DNA from: Anaerolineae bacterium | GTDB taxonomy: Bacteria; Chloroflexota; Anaerolineae; UBA7937; B3-Chlor | Length of the DNA: 41,058 nucleotides | Assembly: GCA_035530015.1 (NCBI GenBank) | Contig: DATKVP010000382.1 | Location: 1-41,058 of the forward strand | Direction: 5' to 3' | Shown: one piece after another, positions 22,663 through 31,525 of the stretch | Layout: the number at the start of each line of letters is the position of its first letter | How positions within the stretch are numbered: position 1 is the stretch's first letter | The notes under the pieces: generated by a model | Told to the model about the DNA's origin: nothing | The model's database searches: none | Seen by the model: the letters and a program-made list of their open reading frames with translations, nothing else | Position numbers and translations under genes: made by a program

Positions 22663-24079
22663 CTCTGTACTTTTCAAACTGCAATACCAGTATGACCCCT
22701 TGGCCTTCGTCCATGACTGTGTGAGATTCGCCGCCGGCGAACAGTTGGCCGAGTACCAAGAGGAGATCCTGGAGGAGCTGATCCCTCGCAAGAGGATTGC
22801 GGTGAGGGGCCCCCATGGCCTGGGCAAGACGGCGCTCGCGGCGTGGATCGTGCTCTGGGCGGTGCTCACAGCAGAGGATGTCAAAGTCCCGACCACGGCA
22901 TCGGCGTGGCGCCAGGTCACCAAGTTTCTCTGGCCGGAGATCCACAAGTGGTCTTATCGGCTGGACTGGAACCGGGTGGGCCGGGCGGCATTCAGCAGAG
23001 ACGAACTGCTCACACTCTCGCTGAAACTCTCACCAATCCGCGAGGCCTTCGGGGTGGTCTCGGACAATGCAGCTCTGATCGAGGGGGCCCATGCCCAGCG
23101 GATCGTGTACGTGTTCGATGAGGCCAAAGAGATCCCGGATCCAACCTGGGACGCAGCAGAAGGGGCGTTCGCGGGCGCTGGGGAGGATACGGGAGCAGAG
23201 GCTTACGCCTTTGCTATCTCCACCCCAGGGGCACCCGTGGGACGCTTCTATGACATCCATGCCCGGAAGCCAGGTTACGATGATTGGTGGCCCAGGCACG
23301 TCACGCTCGAGGAGGCGATCAAGGCACGGCGGATCAGCAGGGAATGGGCTGACCGCAGACGCACGCAGTGGGGGGAGAAGTCGGCGGTCTTTCTCAATCG
23401 CGTAGAAGGGGAGTTTGCCAGCTCTGAAGCGGATAGCATCATCTCCCTGAGCTGGGTGGAAGCGGCCAATGACCGCTGGCGGGAGTGGGTGGAGGCGGGG
23501 TCGCCTATGTGCCACAACGAGGATGGCACGTTGAAGCCCATGGACGTCGTGGGGGTGGACGTAGCCCGATCGGGTGAGGATCAGACCGTCCTGGCCCTGA
23601 GATACGGCCAGATCATCACTGAGATCAGGGCGTATAGCAAAGAGGACACGATGCAGACCACCGGGCGCGTGGTAGGGGTCCTTGAGGGGCATGGGGGCAA
23701 GGCCATCGTAGACGTGATCGGGATAGGCGCTGGGGTCTACGATCGTCTGAGAGAACAACAGTACGACGCGGAGCCCTTTAATGCAGCCGCGGGCTCCAAG
23801 ATCAGGGATCAAAGTGGAGAATGGGGTTTCGTGAATCAACGGGCGGAGGCCTGGTGGACGCTGAGGGAGCTCCTCAGTGACCCGGAGAGCCAGGTGGCAT
23901 TGCCGCCCGATGATCAGTTGACGGGGGACCTGACCGCACCGACGTGGAAGGCCGTGAGCGGAGGCAAGATCAGGGTGGAGGCCAAAGAGGACATCAAGAA
24001 ACGGATCGGCCGCAGCACTGACTACGGGGACGGTGTAGTGCAAGCGTTCTGGCCCGGCGCGCCCAAGGCGTACTACTAA
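22556..24079 (+). CDS. terL: Terminase large subunit (start uncertain: GTG 22556 or TTG 22619)
   Basis: Walker A-like GPHGLGKTALAAW and Walker B-like VYVFDEAKE. The nuclease domain begins VGVDVARSGEDQTVL. Confidence 0.85.
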   Translation: MQTSRWRGEVTTSGLSGCSRSLTRQERAEILSLATDSVLFKLQYQYDPLAFVHDCVRFAAGEQLAEYQEEILEELIPRKRIAVRGPHGLGKTALAAWIVLWAVLTAEDVKVPTTASAWRQVTKFLWPEIHKWSYRLDWNRVGRAAFSRDELLTLSLKLSPIREAFGVVSDNAALIEGAHAQRIVYVFDEAKEIPDPTWDAAEGAFAGAGEDTGAEAYAFAISTPGAPVGRFYDIHARKPGYDDWWPRHVTLEEAIKARRISREWADRRRTQWGEKSAVFLNRVEGEFASSEADSIISLSWVEAANDRWREWVEAGSPMCHNEDGTLKPMDVVGVDVARSGEDQTVLALRYGQIITEIRAYSKEDTMQTTGRVVGVLEGHGGKAIVDVIGIGAGVYDRLREQQYDAEPFNAAAGSKIRDQSGEWGFVNQRAEAWWTLRELLSDPESQVALPPDDQLTGDLTAPTWKAVSGGKIRVEAKEDIKKRIGRSTDYGDGVVQAFWPGAPKAYY

Positions 24080-26172
24080 TGGGATTGAGAGACAGGCTGC
24101 AACTAGCGGCATGGGCACTGTTCAACAGCAAGGGCATCTCGGGCCTGGACATGCTGATGGGCGCCGATGCCAAGAGCTGGTTCCCCAAGACCGATTTCAA
24201 CCGCCTCTCTGCCGAGGGCTACGAGTACAACGCGGTGGTCTATGCCTGTGTGAATGAGCGGGCCACGTCCACCTCCGAGCCCAGGGTGGTAGTAGAGACC
24301 AAGGATCGCAAAGGCGAATGGCAGGAGAAACCGGATCACTCGATGGCGCGGCTGCTCGACAGGCCAAACGTGGAGATGAGCCAGTACGACTTCTTCTTCA
24401 CCACTGTGATGTATCTGGACATCGCGGGGAACGCCTTCTGGGAGAAGGAGCGGAGCAAGGCGGGCAGAGTAGTGGGGCTCTGGCCCATGCGGCCCGATCG
24501 CGTGGGAATCGTCGCTCTGGAGAGCAAGCCTGGCGAGAGGATCAAGCGCCGGATCGAAAGCTATACCTGGCGGTATATGGCTGATCTGATCACCCTGCCG
24601 GCCCGAAATGTGATCCAGTTCAAGCATCAGCACCCCCGGGATGATCTCTTCGGGTGGCCTCCGCTGGGATCCGCCGCGCGCCAGGGAGACACGGACAACC
24701 GCGCCACGAACTACGTGGCCAGCTTCTTCGACAACGCCGCGGTGCCGAAAGGGCTGCTCTCGGTCAAGGGGCGCATCGATGACGCCGAAGAGAAGCGACT
24801 GAAGAAGCGCATTCATGCTCAGTTCACAGGTCAGGGCGGATGGCACGATACGCTGATCCTGGGAGAGGGCTCCACGTGGACCGAGCTGGCCGAGACCTTC
24901 AAGGACATGGACTTCCCCAATCTCCGCAAGATGACGGAGAGCCGGATCTGCATGGTCTTCCAGGTGCCGCCAATCCTCATCGGTGCGTTCGTGGGTTTGG
25001 AGCACGCTACATACAGCAACTATGGCGAGGCCAGGGAGAGCTTCTGGAAGGAGACGCTGATGCCCTTCTACCGGAAGCTCCAAGACACGCTCAATCGGGG
25101 CCTGGCGCCGGAGTTTGGGCCGGACGTGCGGATGAGGTTCGACTTCTCGACGGTGATGGCCCTCCAGGAGGACAAGAATCAGATCTGGACTCGGGCCAGG
25201 GAGGCGGCCACTGCCGGCTTCATCACTGTCAACGACTTCCGGGAGCAGGTGGGCTTGCCCAGGGTGCAGGATGGAGACGTCTTCCTGCGGCCAATGATGA
25301 TCTCGGAGATCCCCGCGCTGGAGGAGGGGCAGCAGAAGGCGCTCCAGATCAGCTCGCCAGAGACGAAGATGGCCAGCAAGCTCGACGAGGAGAAGCTGGA
25401 GGTCTACTACAAGGCCTTCGACATGGTGGCCCGGGCCTGGGAGGCACAGTTCCGCCGCAAGGCACAGCAGCTATTCGCGGAGGAGCTGGCGCAGATCCTG
25501 GCCATTCTCCGCAAGGAGGGCAAGGCCTCGATCGAAGGGCTGGCGTTTGCGGGGTTCCTGGATGCGGTGATCGCCTTCCTCATTGGTCGAAACGGCCAGC
25601 AGGGGGCTTGGGCGCAGGGCTTCTTCCCACTGTTCGAGGGGCTGATGGAGAGCCAGGCGGAGAACGTGGCCGGCGCGCTGGGCATCGCCTGGGACATCGC
25701 CTCTCCGGAGGCGCAGGAGTTCATCCGGGGATACACGATCAAGTTCGCCGACACGGTGGTGCCCACTACCGAGCGCGCGGTGAGGGAGCTGGTGGGGCAG
25801 GCGCAGGAGGAGGGGTGGTCGGTGCCCCGGCTGCGCGAGGAGATCACTGAGCGGTTCACTGAGTTCGATGAACAGCGGGCGAACGCCATCGCCAGATCGG
25901 AGACCATCAGGAGCTCCAACGCCGGGACGCATGAGGCCTGGAGATCGGCGGGGATAGAGAGGACGCAGTGGTATGCGAGTATCGATGGCCGGCAGTGTCC
26001 CTTCTGCGAGGACCTATACATCAAATACGGCCCGGGGACGCCGGGCATCTCGATCACAGAGAACTATGTCAATCTGGGGGATACGCTGACGGTGGATGCG
26101 GGCGATGGGAAGAGCAAGAGCATGACGGTCACTTATACGGACGTCGCCTATCCCCCCCTGCACGCGCTTTGA
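24079..26172 (+). CDS. Portal protein (HK97 family) fused to a C-terminal MuF/SPP1 gp7-like head morphogenesis domain
   Basis: Portal core includes YSNYGEARESFWKETLMPFY. The C-terminus has RANAIARSETIRSSNAG...IDGRQCPFCEDL...YPPLHAL* followed by in-frame RCT. Confidence 0.85.
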   Translation: MGLRDRLQLAAWALFNSKGISGLDMLMGADAKSWFPKTDFNRLSAEGYEYNAVVYACVNERATSTSEPRVVVETKDRKGEWQEKPDHSMARLLDRPNVEMSQYDFFFTTVMYLDIAGNAFWEKERSKAGRVVGLWPMRPDRVGIVALESKPGERIKRRIESYTWRYMADLITLPARNVIQFKHQHPRDDLFGWPPLGSAARQGDTDNRATNYVASFFDNAAVPKGLLSVKGRIDDAEEKRLKKRIHAQFTGQGGWHDTLILGEGSTWTELAETFKDMDFPNLRKMTESRICMVFQVPPILIGAFVGLEHATYSNYGEARESFWKETLMPFYRKLQDTLNRGLAPEFGPDVRMRFDFSTVMALQEDKNQIWTRAREAATAGFITVNDFREQVGLPRVQDGDVFLRPMMISEIPALEEGQQKALQISSPETKMASKLDEEKLEVYYKAFDMVARAWEAQFRRKAQQLFAEELAQILAILRKEGKASIEGLAFAGFLDAVIAFLIGRNGQQGAWAQGFFPLFEGLMESQAENVAGALGIAWDIASPEAQEFIRGYTIKFADTVVPTTERAVRELVGQAQEEGWSVPRLREEITERFTEFDEQRANAIARSETIRSSNAGTHEAWRSAGIERTQWYASIDGRQCPFCEDLYIKYGPGTPGISITENYVNLGDTLTVDAGDGKSKSMTVTYTDVAYPPLHAL

Positions 26173-26211
26173 CGGTGCACGATCCTGGCCGTGAGCCAGT
26201 AGGAGGCGAAC

Positions 26212-26604
26212 ATGCAACAGTCTGGACAGGACTACAAGCAAAACCGCGACTTCCATCTGAACGGGATGCACCGCAAGACCTTCGTAGAGACGGCAATCAT
26301 CGACTACGACGCCGATGCTCGAAACTCAAGCGCCGTGGACCTGCGTGGTTACGGCCTCCTCGGCCTGATCGTGCCCGTGATAGACAATGCGGCGATCACA
26401 TTCTACGTGTCGGACACCGAGGCCGGGACTTACGTGCAGGTGCAAAACGCGACGCCCGCAGCGGTGACGATCGCGGCCAGCGTGGGAACCATCGCCATCG
26501 ACAGCACGGTGCTGGCAGCGCTGTCGGGCTACCGTTGGGTGAAGGTCCAGACGGGGGCTGACCAGACGGCGGATCGCACCTTCCTGTGGATCCTGAAGGG
26601 GTAG
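26212..26604 (+). CDS. Hypothetical head-module protein (130 aa)
   Basis: Lies between the portal and protease genes. Has a loosely similar beta-rich pattern to 29142..29603 and 29617..30111. Confidence 0.45.
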   Translation: MQQSGQDYKQNRDFHLNGMHRKTFVETAIIDYDADARNSSAVDLRGYGLLGLIVPVIDNAAITFYVSDTEAGTYVQVQNATPAAVTIAASVGTIAIDSTVLAALSGYRWVKVQTGADQTADRTFLWILKG

Positions 26605-26613
26605 GGGGTTGAT

Positions 26614-27588
26614 ATGGAGATCGAGCGGAAGAGCTTCCCGTTTGAGCTGGAGGAGAAGGGCCTGGATCCGGAGGCCAGGACGATCAAGGGGTACGCTGCG
26701 ATCACGGGCAACGTAGATGATTGGGGCGACATCATCGATCGGGGCGCGTTCAAAAAGACGCTCCAGGAGCAAGGGTCCCGGGTGAAGGTGTACTACATTC
26801 ACGACTTCTGGGAGCCGATTGGCAAGCCGCTGGAGATGAAGGAGGTGCCCAGGAAGCAGCTCCCTACGCGGATCCAGGAGGCCTTCCCCGACGCCACGGG
26901 CGGGCTATTCGTGCACTTCTACATCAGCGAGACGAGCAGGGGCAACGATGCGCTGACGCTGGCCAGGGATGGTGTGCTCGACGAGATGAGCATCGGGTTC
27001 CGCTCTATCAAGGACGACGAGGAGGAGCGTGATGATGGAAGCCTGGTGCGCCACCTCAAGGAGATCTCGCTGCTGGACGTCTCCCTCGTACCGCTGGCGG
27101 CCAATGCGGGGGCGCTGGTGACGGACGTAAAGCTGGCGGAGATAGCCCAGGAGCTCCAGAAGCGGATGGGGTCCATGGGCAGAGATGTGGCCCTGGAGAA
27201 GCTGGCCGGCCTCCTCGCGGCCGAAGAGAAGGTCGAGGAGACGGAGGATTACATCGAGATCCCGGTGCAGGATGCGGGCGATTTCGTGGATGACAGCTTC
27301 CGCACCATCACTCTGAGCGAGGATGAAGGGATCCAGGAGGTGATCGGCAAACTGAAGAGCGACCCCGACGGGCCCACCCACGTCCAGAAGTACCGCTTCG
27401 ACAAGGAGAAGGGCTGGACGATGGCGAAGGCCAAGGCCTGGGTGGAAGAGCACGAGGAAGACGACAAGGCGCTGGCCGCGGAAGTACCGCCGGCTGAGGA
27501 CACCGGCGACGCGGTGAAGGCGCTGGCGAGGGCCAAGCTGCAGGAGGCCCTCATGCGAGGAGAGGAGTTGGAAGCGCGAATGCGCTAG
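26614..27588 (+). CDS. HK97-family prohead protease with an acidic/coiled C-terminal extension (scaffold-like)
   Basis: IKGYAAITGNVDDWGDIIDRGAFKKTL...YYIHD...PIGKP...GLFVHFYISETSRGNDALTLARDGVLDEMSIGF. Confidence 0.8.
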   Translation: MEIERKSFPFELEEKGLDPEARTIKGYAAITGNVDDWGDIIDRGAFKKTLQEQGSRVKVYYIHDFWEPIGKPLEMKEVPRKQLPTRIQEAFPDATGGLFVHFYISETSRGNDALTLARDGVLDEMSIGFRSIKDDEEERDDGSLVRHLKEISLLDVSLVPLAANAGALVTDVKLAEIAQELQKRMGSMGRDVALEKLAGLLAAEEKVEETEDYIEIPVQDAGDFVDDSFRTITLSEDEGIQEVIGKLKSDPDGPTHVQKYRFDKEKGWTMAKAKAWVEEHEEDDKALAAEVPPAEDTGDAVKALARAKLQEALMRGEELEARMR

Positions 27589-27722
27589 GCAAGCAATCAG
27601 GTCACGACGCTACGGGTAGCCGGAGCCGGTCTTGGGATCACTCCACTACGGCGAGGCGGAAGGCCAGGGTCTTCCGACGAGCATGGCAAGGGACCGCCAG
27701 ACCATGGTGGAGGTGAACGAAA

Positions 27723-29096
27723 GTGGGAAACGAAATCGATCCTAGAGTGCAGAAGATCCTGGAAGAGGCTCATGCCGTCAATCAGAAGGGCATTGAGCTC
27801 TATACGGCTATCGTGGCAGGGGACCGCGGCATCGAGGACATGCCACAGGCCGACGCCTGGCTCGACGAAGCGAAGAAGAAGGCGGACGGCGCGCACAGGT
27901 TTGAGGGCGGGCTGGAGCTGAACGCCTATCTGAACGACGGCGAAGGCTCCCTCACGGCGGGGACCGTGGAGGTCTTGACACCCGGCAAGATCAAGGGTGG
28001 CAATGGACACGGAGCCGGCGATGGAGATCGTTACTGGCGCGACAGTGGGCATTTCGGGATGGCCGTGCTGGCCGCTGGGGACCTGGACCTGGAGCGCAAG
28101 CTGCGGAGCCAGGGCCTGGTGAACGAGGAGGACATCGCTCACCTGTACGAGCGGCAGAAGGAGACCAAGACCCTCATGCAGGAGGGGTTGGGGGCCTCCG
28201 GTGGCTTCCTGGTGGAAGTGCCGTATCTGGCCGAGCTGTTCATGAAGGCGTGGGAGGGCTCGATTGTGCGCCGTCGCGCTCGGGTGATCCCGATGGGGAC
28301 GCGGCAGATTCAGATGCCAACCATCGACCAGACGATCACCCCGGCCAACCAGAAGTCGGCCTTCTTCGGCGGCGTCAACTACCAATGGATCGAGGAGGGC
28401 GAGAGCAAGCCCGAATTGGAGTTGAAGTTCAAGCTGGTCACCCTCACGGTGCACGAGCTGGCGGGCTACCTGCCGGTGACGAACAACCTGATCGAGGACT
28501 CGGCCATCAGTATCAACGGCATCTTGAACACGATGCTGCCTGCAAGTATGGCTGACGCCGAAGATTGGTGGTTTATCAACGGCAATGGCGCGGGGGTTCC
28601 GCAGGGGATCATTTCGGCCCCCTGCACCATCCAGGTTGCCAGGGCCGGGGCGACGGCCATTGCCTGGGCGGACATCAAGGCCATGGTCCACGCCTTCCAG
28701 CCCGGCGCTAACGGTGTCTGGATAGCGCACATCTGCTGCAAGGAAGAGATCATGGAGTTGCAGGACGCGGCCGGAAACGCGCTGTGGCTTGCCAACATCG
28801 TGAGCGGTATGCCTGAGCGGCTGATGGGCTACCCGATCATCTGGACTGAGAAGACCCCGAACCTGGGGACCAAGGGAGACATCGGCTTATACGATCTCTC
28901 CTACTACCTGCTCGGCGATCGCCGGGGGCCGACGTTGGAGATGAGCAAGGAGTACCTGTTCAGATACAACCAGACCGCCTTCCGGATCTCCGAAAGGGTG
29001 GATGGGCAGCCGTGGCTTTCGGCTGACGTGGACCTGCGGCCGACAGGTGCGGTGAGCATTTCGCCGTTCGTCACGCTCAATACCTACGGTGCGTAG
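27723..29096 (+). CDS. Major capsid protein, HK97 fold, with an N-terminal delta-like coiled segment
   Basis: GTG start preceded by ggaggtg. Has GASGGFLVEVPYLAELF...RRRARVIPMGTRQIQMPT... typical of the HK97 MCP family. Confidence 0.85.
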   Translation: MGNEIDPRVQKILEEAHAVNQKGIELYTAIVAGDRGIEDMPQADAWLDEAKKKADGAHRFEGGLELNAYLNDGEGSLTAGTVEVLTPGKIKGGNGHGAGDGDRYWRDSGHFGMAVLAAGDLDLERKLRSQGLVNEEDIAHLYERQKETKTLMQEGLGASGGFLVEVPYLAELFMKAWEGSIVRRRARVIPMGTRQIQMPTIDQTITPANQKSAFFGGVNYQWIEEGESKPELELKFKLVTLTVHELAGYLPVTNNLIEDSAISINGILNTMLPASMADAEDWWFINGNGAGVPQGIISAPCTIQVARAGATAIAWADIKAMVHAFQPGANGVWIAHICCKEEIMELQDAAGNALWLANIVSGMPERLMGYPIIWTEKTPNLGTKGDIGLYDLSYYLLGDRRGPTLEMSKEYLFRYNQTAFRISERVDGQPWLSADVDLRPTGAVSISPFVTLNTYGA

Positions 29097-29103
29097 ACAA
29101 TCG

Positions 29104-29127
29104 GGGGAGGGGTGAAAGCCCCTCCCC
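29104..29127 (+). promoter_or_regulatory. Perfect 9-bp GC hairpin just after the capsid gene (attenuator or mRNA-stability element); no U-tract
   Basis: GGGGAGGGG-tgaaag-CCCCTCCCC starts 8 nt after the MCP stop codon. Confidence 0.5.
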
Positions 29128-29141
29128 AGCAGGAGGCCAAT

Positions 29142-29603
29142 ATGGAGAGAGCACTGTACGAACTGGACAGGTTCGACAATGACGTGACGGCGAGCTATTT
29201 CGAGCCTCAGCTCGTAGCCGCAGGCGCGGAGCCGACTGGAGCATGGCTGAGTATGCTACCCTATGACAGGGCGATGTTCATGCTCATGGCCGGCGACTGG
29301 ACCAATATCGGGGACCAGTTGGACGCGCAGGTGTACCAGGCCACGACCAACGCTGGAGCTGGCGCGAAGGTCATCGCCGGCAAGGCGATCACGACGTACA
29401 CCAGCCTGGCGACGGACGAGGACAATCTCTGGTACATCCACATCGATGTGTCAGAGCTGGACGTGGACCTCTACTTTGCCTACATCCAGCTTCAGATCAC
29501 CGTTTCGGCAAACGATTCGGTCTATATCGCCGCGCTGTGTGAGCGGGAGAGCCGCGTGTTCGAGCCCGTTCCTGTAATCAACGTGACTGAGATTATCGCA
29601 TAG
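29142..29603 (+). CDS. Head accessory protein, tandem paralog 1 (possible decoration protein)
   Basis: ATG at 29142 preceded by caggagg (the tracked ORF starts at GTG 29112, inside the hairpin). Paralogous to 29617..30111. Confidence 0.45.
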   Translation: MERALYELDRFDNDVTASYFEPQLVAAGAEPTGAWLSMLPYDRAMFMLMAGDWTNIGDQLDAQVYQATTNAGAGAKVIAGKAITTYTSLATDEDNLWYIHIDVSELDVDLYFAYIQLQITVSANDSVYIAALCERESRVFEPVPVINVTEIIA

Positions 29604-29616
29604 CCAGGAGGGCGAA

Positions 29617-30111
29617 ATGCCAGAAGACAGCTTGATCGAGAGAGACCGGCACGATGGGGACGCGGTGGCTTGTTTGGTGGAGCCGCAGATCCTCGCCGCC
29701 GGCGTGACCACGACCCCAACGGTGACCATGAGGGGCTATGACCGCGTTGTGTTCTCCATCCTGGGCGGCGCGGCCAATGACGCTAACGCCACGCTGGATG
29801 TGCTGGTGCAGCAATGCACGCAGGCGAACGACGCGGGCGCCGACGACAAGAACCTTGCGGGCCTGTATGGCAGCAAGGCGATCACCCAGGTGACGGCTGG
29901 AGCGGACTTCGCCACTCTCAATCAGAAGTGGCTGATCGAGGTGAGTACCGAGGAAATGGACGTCGATGCCTACTTCGACTTCCTCCTGCTGGAGATCACC
30001 GTGAGCGCGGACGACACCTGGTACATTGCAGTCGAGGCCCAGCGCAGCGGGGCCGATTACGAGCCAGTGGCAATCACGAACATCACTCAGGCGATAGGCA
30101 CGACCGCATAA
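29617..30111 (+). CDS. Head accessory protein, tandem paralog 2
   Basis: Shares with paralog 1 the pattern YDR..F.....G.......LD..V.Q.T......D.......WLIEVS.EEMDVD.YF....L.ITVSA.D. Confidence 0.45.
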   Translation: MPEDSLIERDRHDGDAVACLVEPQILAAGVTTTPTVTMRGYDRVVFSILGGAANDANATLDVLVQQCTQANDAGADDKNLAGLYGSKAITQVTAGADFATLNQKWLIEVSTEEMDVDAYFDFLLLEITVSADDTWYIAVEAQRSGADYEPVAITNITQAIGTTA

Positions 30112-30131
30112 TCTAAGGGGGAGAGGAGAGT

Positions 30132-30464
30132 ATGCCAACACCTATAGAGCAACGTATATACCACGCCAAGATCGAGGAGAAGGATGGGCTGCGGGTCATC
30201 GACAACGGCACTACGCTCGTCGAGACCATAGGCCCTTGGCACACGCACATCGGGAGGCCGGGAGAGGCCGTTCATTCGACCAAGTTCTTCCCGCCCGAGC
30301 GTGTGCTGGTGCCGGAGAGCATGGCGGAGCACCTGGTAAAGGGCAACGCCGCGGTGATCCTGGGCACGGGGGCGAAGGCCAGGAAGAAAGGCCCGGCGCC
30401 GGAGAACAAGTTGCTGGTGCCCCAGGAGAACAAGGCGGACGACGACGGTTTGCTGGAGGAATAG
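30132..30464 (+). CDS. Hypothetical protein (110 aa)
   Basis: ORF with a Shine-Dalgarno (gggggagaggag). No motif recognised. Confidence 0.45.
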   Translation: MPTPIEQRIYHAKIEEKDGLRVIDNGTTLVETIGPWHTHIGRPGEAVHSTKFFPPERVLVPESMAEHLVKGNAAVILGTGAKARKKGPAPENKLLVPQENKADDDGLLEE

Positions 30465-30500
30465 CTTACCGGGCGCTCGGTAAACCACAAGGAGCTCGAG

Positions 30501-31277
30501 ATGCGCGTCTTAGTGGCGACGCCGATGGTGAGAGGCGCTGTCTACCGTCAGGCTCTGGATAGCGCCTTGAGCCTGAAGTGGCCGGAGCGGCTGGATTACT
30601 TCGCACCTGTGGGCGGCGACGTGGCGGGGGATCCGCACCAGAACGTCACCGATAAGTACAACGTGGCGCGAGAGGTGATGCTGGCCGGCCCCTACGAGGC
30701 GATGCTCACGCTGGACAGTGACATCATTCCGCCGCCGGATGCCCTGATGAAGCTGGCCGCGGCAGATGCAGATGTGGCGTATGGCCTGTACGTGATGGGC
30801 CGATCGTGGCCGATCTGGAGCGCCCACGACGAAGTGGACATGACGAAGGCAACGCCCCTGAGCAAGGTGCGGACCAAGGCGGAGGCTGCCTGGGGCAAGG
30901 TCGTGGAGGTGAAGGGCATGGGCCACGGCTGCACACTGTTCCGGAGACACGTCTTGGAGCAGCTAGAATGGCGGCTGGTGGACACCCTGGACGTGTGCAG
31001 CGATTGGATCATAGGCCTGGATTGCGTCGAACAGGGATTCAGCCAGGTGTGCGATATGACGGTGATCTGCGGGCACATACGCACCGCACCGATGCTCAAT
31101 GTGATGTGGCCCGACATTGAGATGGTGAACTGTTACCGTCGGGCCGCACTCCCGCCGGTGCCACTCGGCGTAGCGGGCGCGGAAAAGACCTATACCAGGG
31201 CGATGATGGCCAAGACGCTAGAGGGGTATGAGTACGACAGGGACCGCAATCAGGTTGGTATCCATCCCGGTTCCTGA
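30501..31277 (+). CDS. GT-A fold glycosyltransferase (GT2-like)
   Basis: N-terminal RVLVATPM strand, DxD motif in TLDSDIIPPPDAL, and GMGHGCTLFRRHVLEQL resembling the GT2 acceptor loop. Confidence 0.55.
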   Translation: MRVLVATPMVRGAVYRQALDSALSLKWPERLDYFAPVGGDVAGDPHQNVTDKYNVAREVMLAGPYEAMLTLDSDIIPPPDALMKLAAADADVAYGLYVMGRSWPIWSAHDEVDMTKATPLSKVRTKAEAAWGKVVEVKGMGHGCTLFRRHVLEQLEWRLVDTLDVCSDWIIGLDCVEQGFSQVCDMTVICGHIRTAPMLNVMWPDIEMVNCYRRAALPPVPLGVAGAEKTYTRAMMAKTLEGYEYDRDRNQVGIHPGS

Positions 31278-31288
31278 GAGGGTGCAGA

Positions 31289-31507
31289 ATGAGCCTCATA
31301 CGAGTGCAGGCATTGCAGCGATTCCGGCTTAAACCGGGCGGGCCCTGGATCGCCAAAGGGGCGATCCTGCATCTGGCGCCCAGGAAGGCGCGCACGATGC
31401 AGAAGCGGGGCCACGTGGTGCCGCTGGACGACGAGACGCTCGAGGAGATGGAGCCAGGCTGGTATCCCAAAGAGGATGCTAAACCGGATCCCTGCTCCAG
31501 GTGCTGA
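31289..31507 (+). CDS. Hypothetical protein (72 aa)
   Basis: ORF only. Confidence 0.4.
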   Translation: MSLIRVQALQRFRLKPGGPWIAKGAILHLAPRKARTMQKRGHVVPLDDETLEEMEPGWYPKEDAKPDPCSRC

Positions 31508-31525
31508 GAAAGAAGGAGGCGACTG

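Noticed and set aside
26170-26172. Genome-wide TGA reassignment (code 4/25-like) to explain the in-frame TGA in the portal-MuF gene
   Set aside because: TGA functions as the terminator at many well-defined gene ends here, including all ATGA overlaps and the repeated junction modules.
27597-28730. 377-aa minus-strand ORF antisense to the major capsid gene. Similar long antisense ORFs occur at 34868..35980, 23030..24118, 12185..13150 and 10672..11622.
   Set aside because: They lie exactly opposite plus-strand genes with clear family motifs and have Arg/Pro/Gly-rich low-complexity translations. They lack start contexts. They are the stop-poor shadow frames expected in GC-rich DNA.
30466-30483. 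Hairpin TTACCG-ggcgct-CGGTAA after 30132..30464 as a terminator
   Set aside because: It has only a 6-bp stem and no U-tract. The next gene has its own Shine-Dalgarno 10 nt later, so the evidence is too weak to call.
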